A stretch of DNA of 64,000 bases from the NCBI GenBank assembly GCA_951406725.2, contig OX597817.1:63488001-63552000 (forward strand). The letters run 5' to 3'. Under the pieces are notes generated by a model. That model did not search any database, was not told the DNA's origin, and saw only the letters and a list, made by a program, of their open reading frames with translations. This DNA comes from Octopus vulgaris. Its lineage: Eukaryota. Positions 27,752-42,504 of the stretch are shown piece after piece; the stretch's first letter is position 1; each line of letters opens with the position of its first letter. The position numbers were made by a program, and so were the translations under genes.

Positions 27752-28333
27752 TAGCGGCATTTCGTCGTCTGTTTTTACGTTCTGAGTTTAAATTCCACTG
27801 AGCTCAACGTTGCCTTTCATCGATAAGAGTACTGGGGTTGATTAATCACCTTACCCTTTCCTCTTCCACCCATCCAGAAAATTGCTGGCCTTGTGCCAAG
27901 ATTTGAAATCAAAGGCGGCGAGCTGGCAGAATCGTTAGCTTGCGCGAAATACTTCTAAATATTTTGCCTGTCGTTACGTTCTGAGTTTAAATTCCGCCGA
28001 TGTCGACTTTGCCTTTCATCCTTTTCGGGTTCTATAAATTAAGTACAAGTTGAGCACTAGGGTCAATGTAATCGACTAGTCCCCTCACCCCAAAGTTTCA
28101 GGCCTTGTACCTATAGTAGAAAGGATTATCATTTTTGATTATTACAGTTGTTCTTGTTGCTGTTATTTCTTTTAGCCTAGCGGTATTTTATCGTCTGATT
28201 TTACGTTCTCGGCTTTGCCTTTCATCCTCTCCGGGTCGATAAAATGAAGTACCAGTTGAACACAGGGATCAACGTAATCGACTGTCTCTCTTTCCCAAAA
28301 TTTCATGTCTTCTGTCTTCTGTAGAAAGGATTA
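27752..28333 (+). mobile_element. Three consecutive SINE family B copies or fragments
   Basis: Units at about 27752-27910, 27912-28130 and 28178-28333 share TTACGTTCT..GCCTTTCATC.. Confidence 0.8.
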
Positions 28334-28809
28334 CTATATAAATTAGCATCAAAGTAATCAATTCATGTTACTCAATGGTTTCGTGTTTAAGTACCTTCCA
28401 AGTGAGGAAGGGTAAATTAGCAGTCGTCAGACATATTTGAATTGAAGAGTATAGGTTGGACTCCTCTTTTACTAGACATCTGAAAACGCTACATCCGGTT
28501 TACAAGCCCCAGAGACGTAAAACCTAGAAGGAATCCCAGGAATTGAATAACAGTCAAAACCAAAGCTGGCTCTAAAGCCTATCAGTGTTATTCCTCTTAG
28601 ATTGGCCATTTAACCATTGTCAGCATTCAAGTGGCAACTATGTAGTCCAACTTTCTTGAATATATGATTGTGGAATGAAGAGGGTAAGGATGATGGGTAA
28701 AGGTGATGCAGAAAGAGAGAGATGCAGGAAGACTTAAACAGAAACAACATGTGTGGGTGTCTACGTACGTATGTGTAAGCGGTGAAATTCTTTCTTTTAG
28801 TGACAGGAT

Positions 28810-29315
28810 TTCAAATGAGGGTAAAGTACTCCATTCATATTGAATTCCTTCTTAGTTCTTCTGTCTAGATTTGCTAGTTCAGTTTTTGTCCAATCTACAA
28901 GAGCCTCTGAGTATCTAAGTAATGATACTACCTAAGTGTTTACAGCCTTCGCTAGATTCGGGCTATTTAGCTTTGACTTCATTAGCTTCCTCGCCCTTCT
29001 GATGTACTCCTCAATTTTTGTTTTCATTTCTATAGTTAGTACTCTATCAGATTCTAATACTCCTAGATACTTATAACTCTCTCCTCCTTTCTATGATTTT
29101 AATGTCTGGCCATCTGGTAATTGGAAGCCTTCGCTCTCCCTTTCTCATGACTAATATTGCACATTTATCTATGCCAAATTCCATGCCTATATCTTTGCTG
29201 AAGAGTCTTACAGTCTGTATTAGAGAATCTATAGCTTTTCCATTCTTACTAGAAAGCTTCAGATCATCCATGTAGCATAAATGGCTTAATTTTTCCTTTA
29301 CTATTTCTGAACTGA
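28810..29315 (-). mobile_element. Dong/R4-like reverse-transcriptase fragment
   Basis: HLCYMDDLKL..IGMEFGIDKCA..YKYLGVLE..WTKTELANLDRRT; frameshifted and cut by a family B SINE at about 29320-29420. Confidence 0.85.
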
Positions 29316-29929
29316 TAAGGAAGAGTCGACCTCGGCGGAGTTTGAATTCAGAACGTGAAAACGGACGAAATACCGCTAAGCATTTCGTCCGGCGTGCTAA
29401 AGATTCTGTCAGCTCATCATCTCAAAAACAACAACAACAACAACATTATTATTATTATTAATAATAATAATAATAATGATAATAATGATGATAATAATAA
29501 TAATAATAATAATGATGATGATGATGATGATGATGATGATAAGAATATTAAAGAAGAAGAAGAAGAAGAAGAAGAAGAAGAAGAAGAAGAAGAAGAAGAA
29601 GAAGAAGAAGAAGAAGAAGAAGAAGAAGAAGAAAATTGAGGAGCGTTTCTACAAAAGTTATTTTATTGAGATTGGTGTAAGTATGTGAGTTGTATTAATT
29701 CAGAAATCTGCTCTGTTGTGAACAGTAAGGTTTGTAAGAAAGGTCTTCGATATCTAAGAAAACTGGTTGTGAGTCGGTATCAAGGACATTGATTCCGAAT
29801 GTAAAACATTCTTGCGCACCATGAATAATAACATAAAGGCAGTGACCTGGAGGAATTGGTAGTGTGTCAACACTATAACTAGCATCGTTTCGACCAAGCT
29901 CCTCTGCTCAAAATTGCTGGTCTTGCTTC

Positions 29930-30735
29930 TAAACTTTGAAACTATTAATATTATGCTTTTGCTTTTCTTTTCGCTGTAATAAACTCTGCTGGATTTAATG
30001 AATTTGTCATCTATCGTTGGATGAAACTCTTTGTTATATGCGCTTGAATAACTTAAAATTACCAACTAACACTGTGGGAGTAATAATTGTTAATATGAAA
30101 GCTATTGCATAATATATCATTTCTAGTATAAAACTGTCAAAGGAGACATTGAAATGTGTCTAAAAGTGACATCCGAATTGCTGAAAAAACTTATCATGTT
30201 TGTTAGACATTCTTTCACGGAAATTTGTATCTGACGTCAGCTCATTCAGCGATATAATTTACACTGCTACCCGCTTATTTCACAAGAATAAATCGTATTA
30301 GAAATTTGACTTTCCATATATCATACCATTACAACCAACACGAATTCATACTGAAATTTGATTTGTCAGTATTTGAAAGACTACCAATGAACTATGGAAT
30401 TCCAATTACCGCTACACGGAAAATAAAATAAAATAAAAAGGAAAAGGAAAGCCAGAAAATGAGACATTCTTTAAGAGAGGAAGTCATTATGGATTATCGA
30501 TTTTGGATTTTGTTGAGACTACGTCAGCTTTTGGTAACCTAGGTAAGATATTGTGATTATTTTTGATACAAAAAATAAAAAGAATTCTAGCTAGACATAA
30601 ACAGGTAGCGAGATAAACAAGTAGTGAGAAAATGCACATATATATGTATGAGAAAAGAAAAGAAAAATTTGTTCCCGGAGACCGTTCGTAAAGCGAAAAC
30701 TTGTAAAAGAGAGCAATAATTTCCCATAATAGCAA
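29930..30735 (-). pseudogene. Decayed Fam20-like paralog, N-terminal/central part (probably continues at 27000-27340)
   Basis: Clear nucleotide match to 14060-14290 (GCTTATTTCACAAGAATAAA.CGTATTAGAAAT..CCAACACGAATTCATA) and to 8180-8600. Encodes SNTIYSCEISG, DKFFQQFGC and LEMIYYAI (30126-30103). Confidence 0.5.
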
Positions 30736-31170
30736 TGTTATAAATCGTAATTTGTACCCTGAAAATATTTTACCTATAAAATTTATAATACACGTAAATA
30801 AATGTCAATAAAACAAAAGTAGAATGTAAAGAATGTTTTATGTGAAGAAAAAAATGTCATGATCATTTATAATTAAAAACATTATTATTATAATCGTTTT
30901 CTGAATCACTTTCACTCGCATTAGACTGGCGCACACCATCACTTGTAGACGCCATCGTCAATTCACAAGCACTCGTAGACGGATTCGTAGATTGCTATTT
31001 AAAACAAGTCTAGAGTTGTTTGCTTAGAAGCTCTTTTTCACTCTCTATAAATGAATTACTCTGTAACGCAGAAGCATTTGTTATGGTAGTAGAAACTTCT
31101 GCACTTTATTATGAAATAAAACTCGTAAAACCTGGGTCTCGTAAAGCGAGTCCTCGTACAGTGAGGTATT

Positions 31171-31225
<55 letters not shown>

Positions 31226-31574
31226 TATATATTTGTGTATGTATGTGTGTATGTGTATACATACATACGTACACCATACATACTTACATACATGCATACA
31301 TACATACATGCATACATACATACATACATACATACATACATACATGCATACATACATACATACATACATGCATACACACATAAAGAATATGAGGGGTTTA
31401 GTTCACGGGTGATCTAAACGAATAGGTACACTGAGTAAGTGCTTTATCCGTTAGATTCCAAGTTCACAGGTAAGGCTGGAGTTGAGATACGTATTAGGCT
31501 TCCGAGTTAGCAGGTATATATTATTGGTTTTTGCTGTCCTTTTTCCTCTAAATAATATACATACACACATATAT

Positions 31575-31625
<51 letters not shown>

Positions 31626-31752
31626 TCGTACAGTGCAATTTAAACCTTCAACTAGATAACAAATAACGTGTTTTAAGAACACTGTCTAGCCTTTCGTTCG
31701 TAATTGCATCTTTTGTTATTAAATCTGGATTTGGGTGTTACACAGCACACAC

Positions 31753-31817
<65 letters not shown>

Positions 31818-31959
31818 ACAAAAGAAATCATACGAGATTGTTTAAGTGATATTTAATTATATAATCTTACCTAAGTTTAATTAACATAGAGTAATTAGTT
31901 GCTACGTTCCGCAAATTACTTAATCAAGACTCAATGTCAAATCGTCAGAGGCGTGTTAC

Positions 31960-32310
31960 GATGATGATGATGATGATAATAATAATGAAGAAGAAGAAGA
32001 AGAAGAAGAAGAAGAAGAAGAAGAAGAAGAAGAAGAAGAAGAAGAAGAAGGAGAAGAAGAAGAAGAAGAAGAAGAAAAAGAAGAAGAAGAAGAAGAAGAA
32101 GAAGAAGAAGAAGAAGAAGAAGAAGAAGAAGAAGAAGAAGAAGAAGAAGAAGAAGAAGAAGAAGAAGAAGAAGAAGAAGAAGAAGAAGAAGAAGAAGAAA
32201 TAAATAAATTGTAGAGCGTTTCTACATAACTTTCCGAATTGTGATTGATGTAGCTATGTGAATGGTAATAATTCAGAAATCTGCTCTGTTGTGAACAGCG
32301 AGGTTTGTTA
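31960..32310 (+). repeat. (GAT)(AAT)(GAA)n tract followed by the extreme 3' tip of a Dong-like ORF; near-duplicate of about 29450-29740
   Basis: ATTCAGAAATCTGCTCTGTTGTGAACAG (IQKSALL*T) occurs after a (GAA)n tract at both loci. Confidence 0.7.
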
Positions 32311-32745
32311 TTAAATGTTTTTTTTTTTTGCTTGTCAGTTGCTTGACCTTAACCAGTTGAGCATTTCCCTGGGCGGCTGACGAGATGTGCATCTCTGATC
32401 ATGAGTGGAAATAGTTGGGGACTTTCTAAGTTTTTGTTATGTTGTTTCTACCGAACTTTCAACAAAATATTAAACTAAATAAATAAACTAACAGAAACAC
32501 AAGTAAGGTCTTCGAAATTTTTCACTAATTATATCGAGTTTATACGCGAATGAGAAAATTGCATAAAGATCAATCATCGTATTAAAATATTCTAGAATGA
32601 TGTGAAGTCACAGATAGGAGTTACTTGATTGATACCTTTTAAAAGTTTGATTTTGATCTTAATACAAAATTCAGAAGTGTCATAAATAGTAATTCTTCAT
32701 AACTTTCTATTTCGTTATGCGTAACATTATTAAAACTGAAAAGAA

Positions 32746-32942
32746 AGGTGGCGAGCTAGGGGAATCGTTAGCACGCTGGGCAATATGCTTAGCGGCCTTT
32801 TGTCCTTTACGTTCTGAGTTCAAATTCCGCCGAGGTCGACTTTATCTTTCATCCTTTCGGGGTCGATGAAATAAGTATCAGTCGACTAACCTCCTCCCAC
32901 AAAATTTCAGGCATTGTGCCTCTAATAATAGAAAGGATTATT
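32746..32942 (+). mobile_element. SINE family B
   Basis: AAGGTGGCGAGCTAGGGGAATCGTTAGC...AGAAAGGATTA. Confidence 0.8.
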
Positions 32943-32996
32943 AGGCTGAAAAGAATCCAGGATTCACTATCGTATACACACACACACACGCACACA

Positions 32997-33085
<89 letters not shown>

Positions 33086-33229
33086 GTATCTGTGTGTATA
33101 TATATATGTGTGTGTGTGTTAGATTTCTGTACAGAAACGTAAAATTGCCGAATATACTCCTGTCTCATGTATAATAAACAGCATCTACTTAGCCGAAAAA
33201 GGATTTCATTAAATCGATTGCTCGCATCA

Positions 33230-34330
33230 ACTAATTAATAAGAAATTATTAATACCAGTTAGCATTGCTCTCGTCACACATTCATAAATTTAGGCGTTTA
33301 TTACCATTGCGATTAGCCATGTTACGTGCATGTTTGTTTTAAAGTTTATGATAAAGCGATGTTGGGTGGTGAAAAAATTAAATATCTTTTTTTTTTAATG
33401 TACCAAATGATGTGTTTTTCTTTAAGACAAATGTCACAGTTTTTTGGTCCAATCATAATCAATATCATTTGTAGTGTTATCCACTACAAATAATCCAGTT
33501 AAACACTTTTGGAAAGTAGCAAGTAGTTTGTAGGCAGGCAGTTATAGTTTGGTTTAATAATATTCCAAATAACCAAAGCTCTAACCTTCTGAATCTTGAC
33601 ATTGGAGATTACAAAGTATCAATAACCGTAAAATTATTAATTAACACTACTGCGTTCAATAAATCTGTTATTAATATAGAAGAATCTGGAATCGAGATTA
33701 TATTGCAGGCCAGGAAAACTGATCAATGCGATTAATCAATTTGGATTGATAAATCATACAGAATCCGCGTCGATGTGAGAATGGCTGATAGTAATTCGGC
33801 CGAAGTAACTGCTATAAAATTTTTTTGTCGTAGAGGGTTTCAACCGAGAGAACCCTTTACTAACATTCACCAGCTGTAATTCCAAATTTTCGGATAAAAT
33901 ATAAAAAGTCTATATTTTGTTTTAAAATTGTATTATTTATTACATCAGATGTGAATACTAGCATAGTGCACTTTAGATATAAACCTTAATCTCATAAGTT
34001 CTGAGTTCTAATTCTGCCGAGGTCGACTTTGCCTTTCATCCTTTAAGGGTCGATAAATATTAAAATATTCCTACCGAACCTCTAACGAACGTATTAAACT
34101 AAATAAATAAACAAGCTAACAGAAACATAATTAAGAACTTAGTTTGGAATGTTTCACTAATTATACCGAGTTTATACGCAAATGAACAAATTGCAGATGG
34201 ATCTATCATCGTATTGAAATATTCTAGAATAACGCTATGTCACAGATAAGATTTACTAGACTCACAGCTTTTAAGAGCTTGATTTCAATCTTAATTCAAA
34301 ATTCAGAATTGTCATAAATAGTAAAAAGTG
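33230..34330 (+). pseudogene. Decayed Fam20/four-jointed-like paralog (SINE fragment at about 33998-34057)
   Basis: In order: YQLALL..RLLPLRLA (from 33253; compare FJX1 YYLARLL..VPPLALA), AVIVWFNN (33538), DYIAGQ (33696), LDSQL..KIQNCHK (34256-34318). Confidence 0.4.
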
Positions 34331-35139
34331 TAATTAACGGTGATAGAAGCAGTATTAATACCAAAAGACAATCTTGATCTCCAACCTTAACGTGGAGGTT
34401 GTGTTATACACAGAATACTGCGATTTTTACCTTGAGAGAATCTCACATAAGAACTCACGGTGCATAAAAAGCACTCAAAATTTGTCACTCATTGACAGAT
34501 GAGACTCGTCTTCTACGGTCGCCGGAACTGCCAGATCGCGTGATTTCACCCTGCTACGGATTCCTCAGAGGCAGATGTCCAGCAACGCGTTAACAGCCGA
34601 ATCTCTCGTTAACGGTGTATAGAAACTTAGTGTCTATTCAGGCGCTGGTCACGCAAGTAGCCAGTAGGCTTATCAAAGAATAATAGCAACAAAAGCAGTA
34701 TATTGCACATCCGATATAATGAAAAGAATTCAAATAACATATTTTAACGTGAATACTAGCACAGTGCACTTTAGATATAAACCTTAATCTCATAAGTTTT
34801 TGTTATATTGTTCCTACCGAACTTTCAACAAAATATTAAACTAAATAAATAAACTAGTACGGTCTTCGGAATGTTTCACTAATTATATCGAGTTATACGC
34901 GAATGTGCAAATTGCATAAAGATCAATCATCGTATTAAAATATTCTAGGATTTACTAGATTGATACCTTTTAAAAGTTTGATCTCAATCTTAATACAAAA
35001 TTCAGAAGTGTCATAAATAGTAAAAAGTGTAATTAACAGCTACAGAAGCAGTGTTAATATCAAAAGGCAATTTTGATCTCCAACTTAACATGGAGTTTTT
35101 GTTACAACACAGAATATTAGCCGATTAATATAACTACAT

Positions 35140-35365
35140 GAATCATTAAAACATCTTAGATAATATGTTCTATATATGTAAGTCATCTTCCATATTTCCT
35201 TCTGTATATTCGTTTCAATTGAAATATCTATGATAAATTCTTCCTTTGCCTACCAGTCCACCAAACTTGTTATTCTAGAATTTCTCTTCTAAGACTCTGG
35301 TCGTTAATATAACATCATAGTTAATGATATTTTTTATTGATTCTTCATAACTTTCTATTTCGTTA
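35140..35365 (-). pseudogene. Decayed Fam20-like N-lobe fragment
   Basis: One frame reads NEIESYE..EKF*NNKF..GKGRIY..TEGNMED (compare Fam20B AEVAAF..GNNTCFYGKC..DGDIMEG). The duplicate at 32693-32722 reads THNEIESYE. Confidence 0.35.
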
Positions 35366-36040
<675 letters not shown>

Positions 36041-36565
36041 TTACTAATCTTACTTTGTTTTATGTTTGATATGGCTAATATTTTATTTTTAAGTTTGAAC
36101 TGTGCTGCCGTTATATACATGTTACTAGCATATCATTGACAAATTTCGCCGACGTCGACTTTGCACTTCATCCGTTCGCGGTCGATGGCATACTGTACGT
36201 GCCATTTGGCACTGGGGTCGATATAATCAACTAGCCCCTTCACACAAAATTTCAGGGCTTGTGCCAATAGTAGAAAATATATTAACCTGTTCTGACCTTC
36301 TATGAGACGTGAACATGAATTGAAACAATTTACGTATGTTGTAAGATCATTATCTTGGAAACAGTTATGCAAACTCTGAATTTATAATGTATTAAGTATT
36401 TCATGGAACTAAGTACTCGAGATTTTCGAAGTAAGGGAATATACACAGAGATACATATACAAGCATACAGATATATATGTATTTGTGTGTATTTTAGACA
36501 TGCGTTTTTACCTGTACACACATACAAACTCATACACACACACATATATAATGTATATCTCTCTA

Positions 36566-36627
<62 letters not shown>

Positions 36628-37110
36628 TGTATATGATGTATGTATATCTATCTCAAATTATATACATATATATGTGTGTGTGTATACATGCACGCATACA
36701 CACTCACTCACTTACTAACTCACTCACCTCACTCACTCATATATGTGTATGTATCACTGCTTTATATTTTGTTTTTAAAAATATGCAATAGAGATATCCT
36801 GATCAAGATAGTACAGGCAATTAGTTTGAAAGAAATTAAATAGAAAACAATTATACATTTTGTTTCTTGAAAAAATTTGTATGTACATTTTTTAAAGGAA
36901 AAAAATTTTCAAATTATATTTAATCTACATAGCCGGAACCTATTTTCTATAACCGTTAACCTCAAAGGGGATACGTACTTGAATAACTTTCGTCCATATA
37001 TACCGGGTATGGAATGTATACTTTCAAAACTAATCTTGAAGAATAGGAAGAGAAGAAAGATCGAAAAAAGTTAATACATTGACGAGGGTGCATGCATAAT
37101 CATAAAGACA

Positions 37111-37875
37111 TAATCCTTTCTGCTGTAGGCACAAGGCCTGAAACTTTTGGGGAGCGGACTAGTCGATTATATCAACCGCAGTGTTTCACTGGTACTTATC
37201 GACCCCGAAAGAATAAAAGGCGAAGTTGACCTTGGCGGAATTTGAACTCGGAATATAGCGACGGGCGAAATACCTATTTCTTTACTGACCACAAGGGGCT
37301 ACACACAGAGGGGACAAACAAGGACAGACAAACGGATTAAGTTGATTATATCGACCCCAGTGCGTAACTGGTACTTATTTAATCGACCCCGAAAGGATGA
37401 AAGGCAAAGTCGACCTCGGCGGAATTTGAACTCAGAACGTAGCGGTAGACGAAATACCTATTTCTTTACTACCCACAAGGGGCTAAACACAGAGGGGACA
37501 AACAAGGACAGACAAACGGATTAAGTCGATTACATCGACCCCGGTGCGTAACTGGTACTTATTTAATCGACCCCGAAAGGATGAAAGGCAAAGTCGACCT
37601 CGGCGGAATTTGAACTCAGAACGTAGCGGCAGACGAAATACCTATTTCTTTACTACCCACAAGGGGCTAAACACAGAGAGGACAAACAAGGACAGACAAA
37701 CGGATTAAGTCGATTACATTGACCCCAGTGCGTAACTGGTGCTTAATTTATCGACCCCGAAAGGATGAAAGGCAAAGTCGACCTCGGCAGAATTTGAACT
37801 CAGAACGTAGCGGCAGACGAAATACCGCTAAGCATTTCGCCCGGCGTGCTAACGATTCTGCCAGCCTGCCGCCTT
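37111..37875 (-). mobile_element. SINE family B with an exact 184-bp internal tandem array
   Basis: TCGACCCCGAAA at 37199, 37383, 37567 and 37751; one head (37875) and one tail (37111). Confidence 0.9.
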
Positions 37876-38318
37876 TAAAAATAAATAATAAAACTTGGAA
37901 GTAACTAACGATGATCAGGTGTGAATGGTATCAAGCGATCATATTCAATTAGTATGAATGAAACAAAGTTCAGCGAGAAAGAAAACAAGAAAGTAATAAA
38001 ACGGACCTAATAAGAGCTGTTCATTAAATAAATTTCATTTACTTGCAGTGAAACAGTGTCATTGAGCATGTCACAATTTCGAGGTAAAAATTTTGATAAA
38101 ACAAGAAATTGTTGAAAATAGGATTTAACAGTTTGTGTGCCTGTATAGTGCTAATGAGCGAAAATGGCTCTTCTACGATGAAAACATTTAATAAGCCTGA
38201 TATTTCGACTGAAATCCTGTATTATATTCATAGATGCACATATACATATATACATAATTACCCGTACACACATATAAATACATATATGTATATGGATGAA
38301 TATACATACATACATATA

Positions 38319-38836
38319 TTACATGGACAAACGTGAGCATTAAAAGTAATATTCTTAAGATTATAAGCCAGGCCAAGTACAGGACAAGTTATTACACCTG
38401 TAAAAGTAAAGGACAAGCTGTTACTTCTAGGAAAGTAAAGAATAGGAAACTTTTTACTTAAAATATTACAGCAAAGAATGCCAGTTGTTCTAATTTGTCA
38501 CTCTTTACAGTTCTCATCTTTTAAATTTATTGTACAAAACTGTTCAGCTAATTTGTAATTTTGTCTAATTAGTCACTTTTTCTGTATTTAAGATAGTAAG
38601 TTAGCCAAATTCTACTTAAATAAGCATAGTGTTATTTGTAAACTATAATAAAAGATGTTTTAATATTCAAATTTTAATTTTAGCTGCAATATTTTAAGTA
38701 AAAAGTTTCTTATTCTTTACTTTACTAAAAGTAATAGCTTGCCCTATACTTTTACAGGTGTAATAACTTGTCCTGTACTTTTCCAGGTTTATAATCTTAA
38801 GAATATTACTTTTCATGCTCGCATTTTCCCATGTAA
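38319..38836. mobile_element. AT-rich MITE/foldback with ~154-bp imperfect TIRs
   Basis: 38319-38472 is complementary to 38683-38836; ends TA-CATGG ... CCATG-TA. Confidence 0.8.
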
Positions 38837-40603
38837 TCCATGATTTTTCCAGGCATTGTTGTTATAAGATAATTAATAACGTGTCAATTAATAATTTAAG
38901 ATTTTACCTTATAAAATACTCAAAGATAATATTTCAATTTTTCCATCTAAGTGATGATAATATTTAAATTTTTTCATGTTTAATTAAAATATATATTGTG
39001 ATTGAATTATTTTATATTACCCATCCACACCAAATTAATGGCAGGGAATTTTACCATGTTGTTGGTTGCACCATGGCTCACCAAAAGTTACAAACAACAA
39101 GACCCATCAGCTACCAGGCTCACCTTAGTAACCTAATTTTGCAATAAAAAATTACTATTATTGTACCTTCAATTTTATGTAAATATTTGGTTTTTCATGA
39201 ATTAAAACCATTTTATAAACAAAAAACAAAAAAATCTTTTATAATTTCCAAATTTAAGAAAATTTTCTTGTGAATTTTTTTATTTATGAACTTTCTTCCT
39301 AAATAATCATTTTTTTTTTAGTGAAAATCGTGCGAGTGTTACTATAGAAATTTATCATAATGCTATTTAGCCTCAAATCAACCCTGATACAGCAAACCTA
39401 TCATCAAAGATATTCCAGCTTTCAGCAAAACATCTTTTTAGGGATAATGTAGGACATTACGTACAATGGGCGTGATTTAGGTGGGGGGATACATTGGCTG
39501 CGATTTTAGCGTTTGATTGTGTGATGAAATTTTCCCCACATATATGTATAATATATATATATATCATCGGTAGAAGTCAGAGAGTAAATCAAAACCTAAG
39601 AGTTTCGTGTATTGGCACTTATTAAACACGAATTTGTCCATTGTCACTCTGTAACGCCTAATTGAATATATCCGAAATGGATAAAAGGGAAAGTCGGCCT
39701 CGGCGGAATTTGAACTCAAAATGTAAATACAGGCAAACATCGCTAAGAATTTCGTCCGGCGCGCTGACATTTCTGCCAGCTCGCCGTATTGGAACGCGAG
39801 CATTCATTTTAGCAATATATCCTTTATTCTTATTGCTTAGGCGTTACCTCTTACTTCCTTACTTAGTGACATAAAATTTCGTGGCATTTTACCCCTTAAC
39901 TTTATTTTCTACTAATCTTTGTTCCATGCGACTAACGATTCTGAATTCCTCATGCATTTTTCTATCATTTAAGCCTAAGAAAAGTATACTTTTATTATAA
40001 AATTAATACGTTTATGTTAATTGAAGATGAATACATGCCTTACTGCTCCCTTTGAAGTCGCAGACATTTTGATGTAACTTTCTTTCTACTGAACCAAATC
40101 TCAAACTATTTATGCCAAAGTGTAGCTGAGGAGGTGTCCTCTTTAAAACTTTTAACAGTTTGCAATTTAGTTGAGAACTGAATTAGTTGTGAAGCTTGGA
40201 AGCTGCTGCGATTGACGAAATGGTGGGCTTCAGAATATATTCAACCACTACCGTGGGATCGATTACATAAGTATCAGTTACGCACTGGAGTCATTTATAT
40301 AAGTCACTGAAAAGATTTATATAAATGGATATGAAGTGTTTATAAATCAAATAATGTATATAAGTCAAAATAAATTGTTGACTCTTTTGGTGTCTTTTAA
40401 TGAGTTTTTGTTATCTTATGTTATCTTATATTCATAGTATATTATGTTATATTATAATATAAATTATTGGATTGTCAATTGAATCTCTCTAATGTATTGT
40501 TTGTAATTTATATTATACTCTATTTATGAGGTATTCAACTAATGTACTAGTGAATTGGATGTTTTACACACCCCTTTGAATGAATTCCTTTCCTTAGTTT
40601 GTT

Positions 40604-40720
<117 letters not shown>

Positions 40721-40848
40721 GGTATATACATATATATATATATATAGAAGGAGTTCTAGGACTAGAACTGTTTCATTCAATATATATGCCAATACAATTC
40801 TTGTTAACTATGAAGATTTCTCTTGAATGAAACATATATATATATATA

Positions 40849-40883
<35 letters not shown>

Positions 40884-42431
40884 TATCATCGTGATCACCG
40901 TGACCGACCAGGCTATCAGATGTTGCTACACATCGCTGGTAACAATGCTCTTCGCCTTGTTTTAGCCTTCAAATGATGCCACCCCGCTGGCTAAGCGAGC
41001 AGGCCAATAGAAGAAAGAGTGAGAGAAAGTTGTGGCGAAAGAGTAGAGTAGAGTTGTGCCGACCCTATTGAAGAGGCTCCGGTGTTAAAGCCGAAACTGT
41101 CCGAGAGTACAGGAATATCTGGAATTCCGCTTTCGACCATTTACGGTCGCTGTCATTATGTATGTATATAATTATGTGCGTTGACTGCAGCATGAGAGCG
41201 CTTTAGCACTTATTTCTAGTATTGTAAGTGTTCTAATAGCTTCAGTCATATATACAGACAATTATAGTTTCCCTTTTGGTAATACATTGCAAAACTGCTG
41301 CCTCTTCGCCCCTCTTTCATCTTCCTTCCCTTCTATCTACTGCCCACATGTGATCCGTGACTAATTTTCTCATCTCCCTACCGTTTCGTCACCGGACACT
41401 TAGCCTGCCGGTCAACATTTTCTCTTTTACTATTTCATTTTCTATATCCATTGAGGATTTCTTTTAGTTGTTACCCATCACTCCCGTGCCTGGGTGAAAG
41501 GCTGTATTTAATCCGTCTTCGTCCATCGTTTCAAATTATATTTGTTTACTTTCGTACGTCCACCCTGTATCGTCTTGTTTGTTCGAGCCCTAATTCTTCA
41601 CAAATTTTCTGTATGCCTCCGATATACGCATTTCTCAGTCTTATCGTTAAAAGCACGAAACTGAGTATTAGTATTTTGGTCGATAACTGATGAATAATTA
41701 GAGTCCTTCTGTGTCTGTCCTACGCCTACGTTTTGTAGCATTTAATGCATTTTCATTTATTGTACACACACATACATACATGCATACATGTGTATGTCTA
41801 CTATGTGTGCGTGTGTGTGACGGATGATGTAGCGTTCCTTATATAAGTAAGAGGAAACTAATACAGATTACGAAACAGCTGTCAACAAATGAAGTAAACA
41901 TCTACTTTTGCACGTATGTACTTCATATATGTATGTATGCGTACGTGTATATATACTTTTTTCTTTGTGGATTAACAATGGTATCAAAGGTCTCATGGGG
42001 AAAGACTTTCCACGATTTTTAAGTGGATCGCTTGAAATTTATAAAAATTTCCTCTACATGAAACCAAAGAATTTTTACCCAACAAACATGGTGTTGATCA
42101 CTGTTCTATACTAACATTCTCATATATAGATTTACATGTATGCACGCATATACATGCATACATACACAGATACACGTGTGCATTTCTTTTCAATGCTTTT
42201 AAAAAACTAACAACGAAAGAATTATTTTAAAGAAGTTATTTCGTAGACAAATGCATAATTACGCTGCCAGTTTTTGCTCATATCCAAATATGATTAACAT
42301 TTTACTTAATTAAAACGTAAAGAGAAAAATTAAGAAAAGATATTACGATATATATGTGAATTCCATTGAAAATATATCTAGCGAAAGTTAAATTAAAATT
42401 AACACAATTACAAAAGTTACTGTGATATGTA

Positions 42432-42504
<73 letters not shown>

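Noticed and set aside
27474-27754. Poly-Pro, poly-Ser and poly-Glu ORFs
   Set aside because: (CCT)n microsatellite with no flanking coding signal.
31934-32203. Poly-Lys ORF (also 29355-29688)
   Set aside because: (GAA)n microsatellite.
37199-37875. CRISPR-like or retrozyme-like array
   Set aside because: Units are near-identical throughout with no unique spacers, are SINE-derived, and show no CUGANGA/GAAA core on either strand.
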